Counted from the stretch's first letter, positions 19,153-29,158 are shown. The stretch is 61,548 nucleotides of DNA from Cyclobacteriaceae bacterium (GCA_019694905.1 JAIBBB010000001.1:1-61548), one strand, 5' to 3'. Numbers and translations: made by a program. The notes: generated by a model not told the origin, from the sequence alone.

Positions 19153-20556
19153 CTAGGGTCTTGTGCCTTTTGGCACTGCGGGCTGGTAGTCGCCGAAGGG
19201 TTCCGTTCGCGGTAATACTTCTATGCCCGTAGTTACCTTCAACGGCAATTTCCCGGCGTAGGTGAGCTCGACAAAAAAGCCGGAATATCCACGTGTGGGA
19301 GTTGCGATTTCGACACGATAGTGTCCATCAGCGCTGACAGGAATCGGTGAGGAAGTCCATCGCGGTCCGAGTACGTCAATGCGGAAGTCACGTGCGCTGT
19401 CGTTGTGCGCTTGCCACAACTTCACTTCTACAGGAGGGATTGAGTCGGTCTGGATATCAAAGTGGCCATCCTGGATTGACCATTTGTAACCAGGTCGCGG
19501 CTGGTTGTCAAGTATGGAGGCGTAGAATGATGTCAGGTTCTGGAGGGCGTCGCTGCGGCCCACATTGTGCCCCGAATTGGGTACATACATAAGGTGCTTT
19601 TCACCAGGCAGATCGTCGTAATAAAACTTCCAGCTGTCGGGAAGAAAGAATTCATCGCCACTGGCATTGATCAGCAATTTGGGCATGGTGTACAGATGGC
19701 GGTAAGAATAGGGTTCTGTAACCTCGAGTAGTCGGTTGAATTCCTTCGAACCCATCCAGTCCATAATTCCTTCATGCACATAGTCATCAACGGCATGCGA
19801 CCACGCGCCATAGGAGCGGTAGTGGTGTGCAAACGAAGGGACCACATTGAGCAAGTCAATTACGATGGGCACAATAGCCACCACGCGCTTGTCGATTGCG
19901 CCAGTCGTCCAGGTTGTCCAACCTCTTTTTGACGCACCTGCGACAACAAATTGGTTGACCGGTTTGTGTTGCTTTTGCTGAAGGATGTCCTGCACGACAT
20001 CCATGGCGGAGACCACTGCATCGGTCATTGGCAGCCGCGAGAGCCACTTCGCATCTTCATCCTTTGCGCCGCCCTCCAGGAACTTGCGCCAACCGTAAGC
20101 GATAATGGCATCTTCATATCGTTCCACTGAGTCGCCGGGAAACATCAGCGGCTGGAAGGGAATGTTGGTGACTTGCGCGACAACAGACTGTGTGGCACGA
20201 GCCACGCGCTGGGTAACAAAGTCAGGTTTATCAGGAATAGAGTCTTTGTGTGATCCGCCGCCAATCCACATCATGCCTGTTTCATAAGTATACTGATCAG
20301 GAACCACCACCGTGACATAATGCCACCATTTGGTCATATTGACTTCTGAAGGCGTGAGCCAGTGTTGCGAAGTCATTTTGGCAACGTAGAAAGTGTAGCC
20401 GTCACCTTTGATACGCTTCAGCAGTTCGTACCGGAAAGACGTATCCTTGGCGAGGACGTAGTCAAAGAGCGGACTTGATGACTTGTTTTCTTCCGGAGCA
20501 GGTTTGCAGCCTATTGTCAGAAAGGCAAAGAGAAGAATACCCCAGATTGATTTCAT
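19153..20556 (-). CDS. PhoPQ-activated pathogenicity-related (PqaA-like) alpha/beta-hydrolase lipoprotein
   Basis: Lipobox LTIGC; MTSQHW, EDAIIAY, GASKRGWTTW and GDEFFLPD motifs. Confidence 0.85.
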   Translation of the reverse strand: MKSIWGILLFAFLTIGCKPAPEENKSSSPLFDYVLAKDTSFRYELLKRIKGDGYTFYVAKMTSQHWLTPSEVNMTKWWHYVTVVVPDQYTYETGMMWIGGGSHKDSIPDKPDFVTQRVARATQSVVAQVTNIPFQPLMFPGDSVERYEDAIIAYGWRKFLEGGAKDEDAKWLSRLPMTDAVVSAMDVVQDILQQKQHKPVNQFVVAGASKRGWTTWTTGAIDKRVVAIVPIVIDLLNVVPSFAHHYRSYGAWSHAVDDYVHEGIMDWMGSKEFNRLLEVTEPYSYRHLYTMPKLLINASGDEFFLPDSWKFYYDDLPGEKHLMYVPNSGHNVGRSDALQNLTSFYASILDNQPRPGYKWSIQDGHFDIQTDSIPPVEVKLWQAHNDSARDFRIDVLGPRWTSSPIPVSADGHYRVEIATPTRGYSGFFVELTYAGKLPLKVTTGIEVLPRTEPFGDYQPAVPKGTRP

Positions 20557-20593
20557 TGAAATTGGTTTTGGCTTCTGTAATGATAGTTGACGG

Positions 20594-21220
20594 CTAGAGC
20601 GTTTTCCGATAAGCGCACAGTGCTTCGAGCACACACTCGCTGCACTTGGGATTTTTGGGCCGGCAGATTTCCCTGCCCAGAAAAGAAATGGCCATACCGG
20701 CTTCACCCCAGTCGGCAGGACTGACTACCTCCATGAGTTGCTTTTCTATTTTCTTGGGATCGCTGCCGGTTGCTATACCAAGTCGCGGCGCTACCCTCAC
20801 TACGTGGAGATCGACGATGATTCCTTCGGCCTTCAACTTGAGCTCCCGCATGATCACGTTTGCAGACTTGCGGCCTATTCCTGGAAGACTGGTCAGTTCT
20901 TCCAATGTCACAGGGATTTGTGCGTCGCTCTTGATTTGCTTCGACAATTCCAGAAGCCATTTGGTCTTGTTGCGATGGTTTCTGATTTTCTGCACCAGCG
21001 GTATCACATCAGCAGACACCGCCCCGGCGAGCGCACGCATGTCAGGAAAGGCTTCGAAAAATGCGGGTGCGAGTTTATTGATGTTGCGATCTGAATCCTG
21101 AGCGGATAACACCACCATGACGATAAGCTCATAGGCATTCCGATAGTCCAGCGGGTGTTTCTTCCCCTTGTACTTCCTGATGAGAGGCTTGATTTCCTTT
21201 TTCCAATCGGTGGCTGCCAT
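20594..21220 (-). CDS. nth: Endonuclease III
   Basis: VLSAQ, HhH LPGIGRKSAN, VDLHV and the [4Fe-4S] motif C-X6-C-X2-C-X5-C. Confidence 0.9.
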   Translation of the reverse strand: MAATDWKKEIKPLIRKYKGKKHPLDYRNAYELIVMVVLSAQDSDRNINKLAPAFFEAFPDMRALAGAVSADVIPLVQKIRNHRNKTKWLLELSKQIKSDAQIPVTLEELTSLPGIGRKSANVIMRELKLKAEGIIVDLHVVRVAPRLGIATGSDPKKIEKQLMEVVSPADWGEAGMAISFLGREICRPKNPKCSECVLEALCAYRKTL

Positions 21221-21231
21221 GCGCGTGCGGG

Positions 21232-22383
21232 TCAGATCTTGTGTTTGGTAAACGCTGAAGTGTGGGCGCAACAAATCTGCTCCATCACCTGTTGTAGCTG
21301 AACTTTTAAAATGGAAATCGTATGGTCTCCACCCTCATTTCCGAGGGCCGCGACACCATACATGAAAGTTCGGCCCAGGAACGCAAAGTGTGCGCCGCTG
21401 GCGAGTGTGCGGGCGATATCAGGACCGGATCGGATGCCGCTGTCCATCATTACCGTCATTTTGTTACTGAATTTAGCAGCGATGGGTTCAAGTGACCGGA
21501 TGGCCGATTGCCCCGCGTCCAATTGGCGACCTCCGTGATTGGAGACAATGATCCCGTCAAACCCGAGGCGGAGTGCCATCTCAGCGTCTTCTTCGCTGGC
21601 CACACCTTTGAGCACCAGTTTTCCTTTCCATTGGTCGCGGATAGGAGCAATCCGATCGGCATTCATGCGACCAGAAAAGGTCTTGTTCATGTAGGCGCCC
21701 AGTTGCTTCATGCTCATTCCCTTGGGCATATATTGCTTCATGGTCGCGAAATGGGGTTGGCCATGAATGAGCGTGCGCAAGGCCCAGCCAGGCTTTCCCA
21801 TGATTTGCATGATGTTCTTTGCGGTCATACGAGGAGGCATCGCCAACCCATTTCGGATATCGCGTGGTCTGAAGCCAAAGGAGGGAACATCAGAAAGCAG
21901 GACCAGGACAGGACAACCCGCTGTGGCAGCGCGCTGAACGACATGGTCGCGGATGGCAGGCTCTGCAGGATGATATAGTTGAAACCACGCCTTCCCTTCG
22001 GTGATCTCACTGATTCGCTCGATGGAAGAAGTGGAAACTGTACTTAGAATAAAAGGCACATTGTGCCGATGGGCCGCTCGAGCCAGTATCTCCGGCGAAT
22101 TGGGCCAGATCAACCCTTGCAAACCAACGGGAGCGATGCCAAAGGGCGCGTCATAGACGTGGCCAAAGAGTTCGGTGCGCATGTCGGTCCCCCCAAAGTT
22201 CTGCAGATAATAGGGTTTCAGTTCTACTGAGCGCAACTCAGTGGTGTTCTTGATCAGATTGACGTCTTCATTGCAGCCGCCATCCAGGTATTCGAAGGCA
22301 AACCGGGGGATGTTGCGTTTCGCCTGCTCGCGAAGGTCGTCAATGCCGGGGTGAGAACTTTTATAGGTCGGTTGAACAGCCAT
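21232..22383 (-). CDS. FMN-dependent alpha-hydroxy acid oxidase/L-lactate dehydrogenase
   Basis: FEYLDGG, PFGIAPVG, VSNHGGRQLD and DSGIRSG motifs. Confidence 0.92.
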   Translation of the reverse strand: MAVQPTYKSSHPGIDDLREQAKRNIPRFAFEYLDGGCNEDVNLIKNTTELRSVELKPYYLQNFGGTDMRTELFGHVYDAPFGIAPVGLQGLIWPNSPEILARAAHRHNVPFILSTVSTSSIERISEITEGKAWFQLYHPAEPAIRDHVVQRAATAGCPVLVLLSDVPSFGFRPRDIRNGLAMPPRMTAKNIMQIMGKPGWALRTLIHGQPHFATMKQYMPKGMSMKQLGAYMNKTFSGRMNADRIAPIRDQWKGKLVLKGVASEEDAEMALRLGFDGIIVSNHGGRQLDAGQSAIRSLEPIAAKFSNKMTVMMDSGIRSGPDIARTLASGAHFAFLGRTFMYGVAALGNEGGDHTISILKVQLQQVMEQICCAHTSAFTKHKI

Positions 22384-22509
22384 GGTTCGGGAATCAGGTT
22401 TTCAATTTACCACCCTGAAGCATGAGCACCAATGATTTTCGGGAAAGGTTTGAAGGCAGGATGGTACAGGATAGCCGGTTGGGACATGAAAAAATTCCGG
22501 GTGCCATCT

Positions 22510-22536
22510 TGTATCTTTTCGTCATGATGGCGTTTG
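22510..22536 (+). promoter_or_regulatory. Putative ECF sigma promoter (autoregulatory)
   Basis: TGTATC-N15-CGTTTG just upstream of the sigma gene; the same motif recurs at 27767. Confidence 0.55.
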
Positions 22537-22557
22537 GTATACAAATACACTGGGTTG

Positions 22558-23124
22558 TTGGAAATCGGGAAGACCATTGAAACATCCTCACAGGCAGAGG
22601 AAACCTGGATTGCAGCGGCCCAAAGAGATCCTGCGCAATTCCGGCCTTTATATGAGCGCTACTTTAAGCCCATATTTCTTTTTGTGCTGCACCGTGTGTC
22701 GGACAAAGACACAGCAAGCGACATTACCGCGCAAACCTTCCTTAAAGCGCTGAACCGGATTCATCAATTCCAGCCTCGCGGACTGCCTTTTTCTGCCTGG
22801 CTCTATCGCATAGCATTGAATGAGTGTACGGACTATTACCGGCGTCAGAAGAAAGTGAGAACAGTCTGTATGGATGAAGAACACTTTGCGGATTTATATG
22901 CTGAGATGTTTCCCGAAACCCGTGAAGAGGAACTGAGGAACTTGCTGCCGGTTGTGCTCAATAAACTTGAACCCGGAGAAATGCAGCTCATTGAACTGCG
23001 ATTCTTTGAGGCCTTGCCATTTCGCGACATCGCCATGATTTTGGGAATTTCGGAGGTCTATGCGAAAGTAAGAACGTATCGTATTCTGGATAAAATGAAG
23101 AGAATTTTTCAGCAAAGGGTGTGA
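22558..23124 (+). CDS. ECF RNA polymerase sigma-70 factor
   Basis: Region 2 (DITAQTFLKA, FSAWLYRIALN) and region 4 (LRFFEALPFRDIAMILGISE..AKVRTYR). The start is uncertain; I chose TTG 22558 because it lies downstream of the promoter motif. Confidence 0.9.
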   Translation: MEIGKTIETSSQAEETWIAAAQRDPAQFRPLYERYFKPIFLFVLHRVSDKDTASDITAQTFLKALNRIHQFQPRGLPFSAWLYRIALNECTDYYRRQKKVRTVCMDEEHFADLYAEMFPETREEELRNLLPVVLNKLEPGEMQLIELRFFEALPFRDIAMILGISEVYAKVRTYRILDKMKRIFQQRV

Positions 23125-23822
23125 AACCGAAACACGAAGCAATCATCATGAAGAAGATACCGGACCCCTCGGATGAGGAGATTCGCAGCCACATGAACTT
23201 TGACCAGCTGCTGACGCATCATACCCTCCGGCAAAAGAAAATAACTCGATTGAAGCGAGCAGGACGGTGGGCTGGCCTTGCTATCGCCGCTGTAACTTTA
23301 ACCGTTCTTTGGTGGTCCCATAGTCGACCTGATCCCACATTGAAGGCGCAGGTTCATCCATCAGAACAGACGGGTGCTCCGGAACCGGACAACGAAGATG
23401 CTCTGCCTGCCCAAAAGTTGCCTGATCCTGCAGTGAAAGAAACGGCACAATCGCGGAAGCTCGAACCTAAGGTGGATAAACCTTCACTTCAGGAACCATC
23501 CCCAATTCACGCTCCGGTGCTTACCGAGGCTGAGCCCGTCAATGGATTTCCAGCCTTGTATGAGTATTTTGACATGAACCTGCAGTATCCCCAGGCATCA
23601 CTCAAGGATTCTGTGGAAGGTGTGGTGACGGTTTCCTTCATAATTGATGAAGCCGGCATGCCTGCCAACATCATGATCACTCAGTCGCTCGGCCCCGCAT
23701 TTGATGAAGAGAGCAGAAGAGTCATCAGGCAAATGCCAGCATGGAAACCTGCGACGATTGATGGACGCGCTGTTTCATCGCGCATGAGTATGCCACTCAC
23801 TTTCCGGCTCCAAAAGAAATAA
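23121..23822 (+). CDS. Membrane-anchored TonB C-terminal domain protein, possible anti-sigma factor
   Basis: Short cytoplasmic N-terminus, one TM segment, Pro-rich linker, then LQYP...VEGVVTVSFIID.....WKPA (TonB_C). Confidence 0.85.
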   Translation: MKPKHEAIIMKKIPDPSDEEIRSHMNFDQLLTHHTLRQKKITRLKRAGRWAGLAIAAVTLTVLWWSHSRPDPTLKAQVHPSEQTGAPEPDNEDALPAQKLPDPAVKETAQSRKLEPKVDKPSLQEPSPIHAPVLTEAEPVNGFPALYEYFDMNLQYPQASLKDSVEGVVTVSFIIDEAGMPANIMITQSLGPAFDEESRRVIRQMPAWKPATIDGRAVSSRMSMPLTFRLQKK

Positions 23823-23826
23823 GGAG

Positions 23827-26190
23827 ATGAAACACCTGATAATGTGGGGCCTCTGCCTGGCTATGGGGGCGGCGCCTCAGGTGAAAGCACAGCAGTGGAA
23901 GAGCGCAGATTCCATTCAGTTGCCATTCGCAGACAAGCATGTATTCGTACACTGGGTGAATCTGGATAACGACACACTGCCAGATGTTTTTATTGGGTAC
24001 CCTTATCAACCTTCCCAAAGCGGTCTCTTTCGCAATACCGGTACGGGTTGGAGCTGGCAGGCACTGCCAATTTCCGGATTGGACAGCGCCGTCTTTTCAT
24101 TCACAGACATCAACCGCGACAGCAGGATGGACGTGGCGGTGATGGGACAGAAGGCGGGGGTTCCTTCTTATGCATGGCTCATTAATCAGGGAAACCTGAC
24201 CTTTCAGACACAACCGCTTCAGTTGCCGGTGCCGGATATCCGCTCGGTGGGAGTGCTCGACATGGACAACTCCGGAACAGATACCTGGCTAATAGCAGGC
24301 AATACTCACTTGTACGCCGGACAGTTCCACGGAAGTGCTTTTCAAATCCTTTGGGATACATCATTTGTGGCAAGCCAGTTGGTTGTACATGATCTGGATC
24401 GCAATGGATTTCCTGACATGGTCCTGACCGGCCGAAGTGCTGCGGGCCCTGCTACATGGGTGCGATGGCTGAAGTCCAACCTCGAAGCCATTCGCACAGA
24501 AAAGCTCCTGGCAGCCGAAGCCGTCATTTCTGGCGGTGACCTCGACCACGACGGCTTGTTTGATTTGTTGATTTGCAGCGGTCAATCGGGTCATCGTCGT
24601 GTATTCATCAACGACAGCCTTGCTTTTCACACAATCCCCGGAAATTTTCAACTGGATTCAGCGCACACTGACATACTGGATGTGGATATGGATGGAAAAG
24701 CTGATCAAATACTCTCTGGCGTCCGCAACGGCGCACACCTGAGCTGGATTCAAACTGCTACCGGGGACTCTCTTTCTCTCCCGGCTGAGCACGTTCTCTT
24801 TCAGTCGCTGACAGACTATGACAATGACGGTGATCCTGATCTCTTGCAACTTGTAGATGGATCGATGTTGCGTTTCGTCACAAATGACATTGCTGCCCCC
24901 AACATGGGACCGGCATCGCCCGACTATGTGGTTGGAGTGCCGGTGCTGAACCGCACTTTTTTGTACTGGAATCAATCGGTGGACGACCATACCCCATCTG
25001 GTTCAATCACTTATGATGTCCGGGCATTGTCCGGAGATCAGGTGGTGTACAACTCGAATTTTGACCAGGAAAGCAATGCAAGATTGCTGCCTTTGCACGG
25101 AAGCCGCACGACTGACAATTTTCTGTTGATGAAGGGAGTGATCAGCCAGTTTGTCATCCAGGGGATTGACAATGCCCGAATCGCATCATCTGTCTCTGGC
25201 GGTGGTGGAGGAAATTGCGGTCAGGTGGCACAGCAACAGATTTTCACCTGCAAGGATATGCCTGTTCAACTGTCAAGCACGGATAAGGGAGTCATGTGGT
25301 TTTCTTTTTCCAGGGGCTTTCTGGGTAGCGCTGCCACCAAGATAGTTGACGCTACTGATACGGTATTTTCATTTGTTCCCGGCACCGCCGCTGCTTGCGC
25401 TCAGGTTAAGTTGTATACGGTGACAGTTACGCCTGAGGACACGGTTCATACCCAGGATCAAATGATCATTTGTAAAGGAAAATCAATTCAACTTACCGTT
25501 GCCGATGAATGGCAGCAAGTCACCTGGACAAATAATCTCACCAATCAAATCCTGCAAGGTAATTCGGTCAGCGTTCAACCCGGGAGCAATGCCATTTATA
25601 CGGCTACCGGAACAAACGTACAAGGATGTGTACTGGATGCAGACTTTCAGGTTGCGCTCAGTGAGCCAGTGCTTCAGTTGAATGGAGACCACTTTCAAAT
25701 TGCTCCAGGTGGTTCAGTGCAGTTGGTCGCTTCGGGCGCATTGTCCTATTCATGGACCCCACCTACTTCCCTCAGTCAGGCTGATATTCCCAATCCTGTG
25801 TCGACGCCAGTGAACAATATGACATACACAGTCACGGGTCTGGATTCTATCGGATGTGCTGTCTCGGCCACTGTACGGATTGATATTCTGCTGGACGCCT
25901 TCGTGACGACCTTGTTTACACCTAACGGAGATGGGAAAAATGATGAGTTGAAAATCTTTGGATTGAACAACCCGACCGGCTTTCGGTTTGAAGTATTCAA
26001 CCGGGAAGGGGTTGTTGTCTATGCGTCTACCGATGCGTCGCAGGTAATGACCACGGGTTGGGATGGAACGACGAATGGTTCGCCTCAGCCACCCGGGACA
26101 TACTATTGGAAAATTGCCGGCGAAAATACCCAGGGTGGTTCGCTCACACTCAACGGCAGGCGTAACGGCTCAGTTCTTCTGGTTCGTTGA
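23827..26190 (+). CDS. FG-GAP repeat protein with T9SS type-B (gliding-motility-associated) C-terminal domain
   Basis: Signal peptide; D.D.DG..D repeats; LFTPNGDGKND..FNREG..WDG..GTYYW..GSVLLVR C-terminal domain. Confidence 0.9.
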   Translation: MKHLIMWGLCLAMGAAPQVKAQQWKSADSIQLPFADKHVFVHWVNLDNDTLPDVFIGYPYQPSQSGLFRNTGTGWSWQALPISGLDSAVFSFTDINRDSRMDVAVMGQKAGVPSYAWLINQGNLTFQTQPLQLPVPDIRSVGVLDMDNSGTDTWLIAGNTHLYAGQFHGSAFQILWDTSFVASQLVVHDLDRNGFPDMVLTGRSAAGPATWVRWLKSNLEAIRTEKLLAAEAVISGGDLDHDGLFDLLICSGQSGHRRVFINDSLAFHTIPGNFQLDSAHTDILDVDMDGKADQILSGVRNGAHLSWIQTATGDSLSLPAEHVLFQSLTDYDNDGDPDLLQLVDGSMLRFVTNDIAAPNMGPASPDYVVGVPVLNRTFLYWNQSVDDHTPSGSITYDVRALSGDQVVYNSNFDQESNARLLPLHGSRTTDNFLLMKGVISQFVIQGIDNARIASSVSGGGGGNCGQVAQQQIFTCKDMPVQLSSTDKGVMWFSFSRGFLGSAATKIVDATDTVFSFVPGTAAACAQVKLYTVTVTPEDTVHTQDQMIICKGKSIQLTVADEWQQVTWTNNLTNQILQGNSVSVQPGSNAIYTATGTNVQGCVLDADFQVALSEPVLQLNGDHFQIAPGGSVQLVASGALSYSWTPPTSLSQADIPNPVSTPVNNMTYTVTGLDSIGCAVSATVRIDILLDAFVTTLFTPNGDGKNDELKIFGLNNPTGFRFEVFNREGVVVYASTDASQVMTTGWDGTTNGSPQPPGTYYWKIAGENTQGGSLTLNGRRNGSVLLVR

Positions 26191-27746
26191 TATTTCGAAC
26201 GACGATATTGCTCCTCCTGCTGTCATTGGCTGCCAATGTGGAGGCGCAGTATTTTCAATTCAGCCAATACAACCTTGCGCCCAATCGTGTGAATCCGGCA
26301 TGGTTAGCCAACAGCGCTTATGCCAGTGCAGGATTTCTATTCCGCAGCCAGCGCACGGGGGGTGATTTTGCCATTAATTCAAACAACCTCCAGTTGGAGT
26401 ATCCATTGCTTAATCGCAGCACCGGTCAGCCCTGGTCGGGGGTGGGTCTTTCGTTCCTGGATGACAAGGTAGGCCCGCTATTGCGTACTCAGGAAATCGG
26501 CCTTGGATACGCAGTACATCTGACAACGGGAAAGTATCAAACACTATCGCTGGGTTTCCGAGGGTTGTTTCGGTCGCAGCGAGTTGATGCAAATGGTTAT
26601 TACACAGCTTCTCAATATGTCTCTGGTCATGGATTCGACCCCGGGTTAGACAATGGAGAGAACTTCGGCACGCTCAGGGCCAGCACCCTGACGTTCAGCT
26701 CGGGAGTGTTTTGGCGCGAACAGGACCGACGTGGTGCCTCCATTGCGCAGATTGGTTTTTCGATATTTGACCTCAACAACAAAAGTCAGCTGTTGAATCC
26801 ATCCACTTCACTTGCGTCCACAGGTGTACTGCAGGGTTCATGGCGTGCGTATCACCAGGGTGCATGGTCAATTCTGCCTGACTTGCTTTGGACTTTCGGT
26901 GGTGGTTCCAATGTGATTACTCCAGGTGGGAGGTTTCAGTATGACCTCCTTCCTGCTGCCAAAAAACTGACGGATCATGTGGACTTTATCGCTCGGTATG
27001 CGGTGGGCAGATCGGGTATTCTGGGTGTGCAACTCTGGCGGGAGCAGTATACACTGGGGCTTAGTTATGATTTTCCATTCTTGCGCAAGAACGAGGGCAA
27101 CACAGGCGCACTGGAGATAGGTCTCGCTTACAGGGTGCCAGTCAAACCCAACAGGCAATCAAAATCTGCGAAAAGACCGTCACCCAATGCAGGAAAGCGC
27201 AAACCTGTTCAGGAGTCATTGAAGAAACCAGGTCCGGTTCCTGCCAGGCCTTCGAATGCGCTGCGCAGTGATTCACTGGCAGCAAACCAAATGGTAACAC
27301 CTGTGCCGGAAGATTCCACTTCAGAAATTGTTCCTGTGGAGATTGATTCGTCATCCATGGCAGGAACGGCCAGGGCCGGCCGAATCCGAAGCGAACCTAT
27401 GCTTATTGAGAAGATTGTATTGCATTTCCGTTTTGACTTCAACAGCACCGACCTGGATGATGAAACAGAGAAATTTCTCGATGAACTTGCGGCGCAGATG
27501 ACTCATAATCCTGGATGGAAACTCCGCATTACCGGTCATACCGACAATGTGGGATCGGCCTCTTTCAACGAACGACTTTCACTCAGGCGCGCCCACGCCG
27601 TGCGGGAATTTCTGACAAGGCGTGGGATTGATGGCTCCCGCATCCAGACAGAAGGCATGGGTATGACAAAACCGCTGAATGATAACCGCACTGCCAAAGA
27701 ACAAGCCTTGAATCGCAGGGTGGAGATCGAAGTGGTGCAGGAGTAG
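26187..27746 (+). CDS. PorP/SprF family T9SS beta-barrel fused to an OmpA-like peptidoglycan-binding domain
   Basis: FSQYNLAP..NPA, FRSQR, GLSYD and GALEIGLAY (PorP/SprF); Pro/Lys linker; FDFN, ITGHTDNVGS, LSLRRA and NRRVE (OmpA_C). Confidence 0.88.
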   Translation: MIFRTTILLLLLSLAANVEAQYFQFSQYNLAPNRVNPAWLANSAYASAGFLFRSQRTGGDFAINSNNLQLEYPLLNRSTGQPWSGVGLSFLDDKVGPLLRTQEIGLGYAVHLTTGKYQTLSLGFRGLFRSQRVDANGYYTASQYVSGHGFDPGLDNGENFGTLRASTLTFSSGVFWREQDRRGASIAQIGFSIFDLNNKSQLLNPSTSLASTGVLQGSWRAYHQGAWSILPDLLWTFGGGSNVITPGGRFQYDLLPAAKKLTDHVDFIARYAVGRSGILGVQLWREQYTLGLSYDFPFLRKNEGNTGALEIGLAYRVPVKPNRQSKSAKRPSPNAGKRKPVQESLKKPGPVPARPSNALRSDSLAANQMVTPVPEDSTSEIVPVEIDSSSMAGTARAGRIRSEPMLIEKIVLHFRFDFNSTDLDDETEKFLDELAAQMTHNPGWKLRITGHTDNVGSASFNERLSLRRAHAVREFLTRRGIDGSRIQTEGMGMTKPLNDNRTAKEQALNRRVEIEVVQE

Positions 27747-27766
27747 AAATTTCGTTCAAGTTCCTC

Positions 27767-27793
27767 TGTATCTTTTTGGGCTTCCCGCGTTTT
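27767..27793 (+). promoter_or_regulatory. Putative ECF sigma promoter
   Basis: TGTATC-N15-CGTTTT ending about 22 nt before the NHL ATG; matches the 22510 motif. Confidence 0.55.
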
Positions 27794-27814
27794 GAGGCAA
27801 AACCCCAAATAAAT

Positions 27815-28963
27815 ATGAATCGATTGCAAGTGCTTTGCATGGTAGGTCTGATCGTGCTGGTTCAGGCTTGTCTACAGAATGAATCAGCAAGCAACAGAAC
27901 CACAGCGGGAGGTACCATTGAAACAATAGCTGGCAAGGGACCTGACCAGTTTGGCAACGATGGAGATGGAGGTTCGGCCCTGAGTGCCAAACTTGGCTGG
28001 CTTACGGCCATTGCCGCAGGCCCTGATGGCAGTGTTTATATCGCCGACGGCGCTGCGAATGTTGTCAGGAAGATCAATTTGTCAACGGGTGGCAAGATAA
28101 CAACTGTGGCCGGTGTGTTTATCGGATTCAACCAGTTTGATCCGGATGCATATGATGTGAATGACAGCCTGGCGTCAACGGCGCACCTGAATGTTCCTCT
28201 TGGCATTGCAGTCGCAGCGTCCGGAAATATTTTTATTGCCGACGCTGCCAACAACGTAGTTCGGAAAATCAATGTAGGGACGGGCATTATCAAAACCGTC
28301 GCTGGTAGCGGTCCGATTGGTCAGGGCTATGATGGTGATGGTGGTCTTGCCATTGCAGCAAAGCTTTGGACTCCGTATGGCGTAGCTGTTGACAAGGATG
28401 AGAATCTCTTCATTGTAGATGCCGGCAATCATGTTATCCGCAGGGTGGATCACCAGACCGGAATCATCACCACTGTCGCAGGAAGTGGTCAGGGTGGCTA
28501 TGCAGGTGACAACGCTGCAGCCACGGCGGCCAAATTGCGCTCGCCCAAGTCCGTTGCATTGGATGCAAGCGGCAATCTCTACATCGCCGATTGCGGTAAT
28601 CATGTGATTCGCAAGGTGAATGCGAGTAATGGTGTAATTACAACGGTAGCCGGAAATGGTGTTTCAGGTCTTGCAGGTGATGGTGCTGCCGCAACCGCTG
28701 GCCAGTTGAATGCGCCACACGGTCTGACAGTTGACTCCGCAGGCAACCTGTATATCGCAGATGAAGGGAATCATGCCATCAGAATGGTGAGCGCCATCGA
28801 CGGAAAGATCAGCACAGTGGCAGGCAATGGTGTGGAAGGCTACTCGGGCGACGGTGGTTCTCCAACCATGGCGCGCTTGCGGTTGCCTTCCGGGGTGACT
28901 ATTGTTTCAGGGGCCTTGCTCATTTCCGATGGAAACAGTGTAGTCCGGCGCGTGAATTTCTAG
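27815..28963 (+). CDS. NHL-repeat beta-propeller lipoprotein
   Basis: Lipobox VQAC; about six repeats of P.GVAVD..GNLYIAD.GNH.IRKV....G.ITTVAG.G..GY.GDGG.A..A.L. Confidence 0.9.
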   Translation: MNRLQVLCMVGLIVLVQACLQNESASNRTTAGGTIETIAGKGPDQFGNDGDGGSALSAKLGWLTAIAAGPDGSVYIADGAANVVRKINLSTGGKITTVAGVFIGFNQFDPDAYDVNDSLASTAHLNVPLGIAVAASGNIFIADAANNVVRKINVGTGIIKTVAGSGPIGQGYDGDGGLAIAAKLWTPYGVAVDKDENLFIVDAGNHVIRRVDHQTGIITTVAGSGQGGYAGDNAAATAAKLRSPKSVALDASGNLYIADCGNHVIRKVNASNGVITTVAGNGVSGLAGDGAAATAGQLNAPHGLTVDSAGNLYIADEGNHAIRMVSAIDGKISTVAGNGVEGYSGDGGSPTMARLRLPSGVTIVSGALLISDGNSVVRRVNF

Positions 28964-28985
28964 GCTGCATACAGCGATGAATACG

Positions 28986-29015
28986 AAGCCTGGCAACTTG
29001 CCGGGCTTTGCTTTT
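28986..29015 (+). terminator. Rho-independent terminator
   Basis: AAGCCTGGCAA-C-TTGCCGGGCTT hairpin followed by a T-rich tract, after the NHL gene. Confidence 0.65.
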
Positions 29016-29140
29016 GTTTCTTGAGATGACCCTTTGCCCTTTCATTAATGGCACCGCTGCAATACGTCTATCAATCAATAATTTCAATTGTTATGCATAC
29101 ATACCACATTGGATGGTCTTCAATTTTGAAAATCATTCAA

Positions 29141-29158
29141 ACAGCAATCGTTTGCTGT
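29141..29158. promoter_or_regulatory. LacI-family-like operator
   Basis: ACAGCAATCGTTTGCTGT, an 18-bp near-perfect palindrome with a central CG. Confidence 0.5.
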
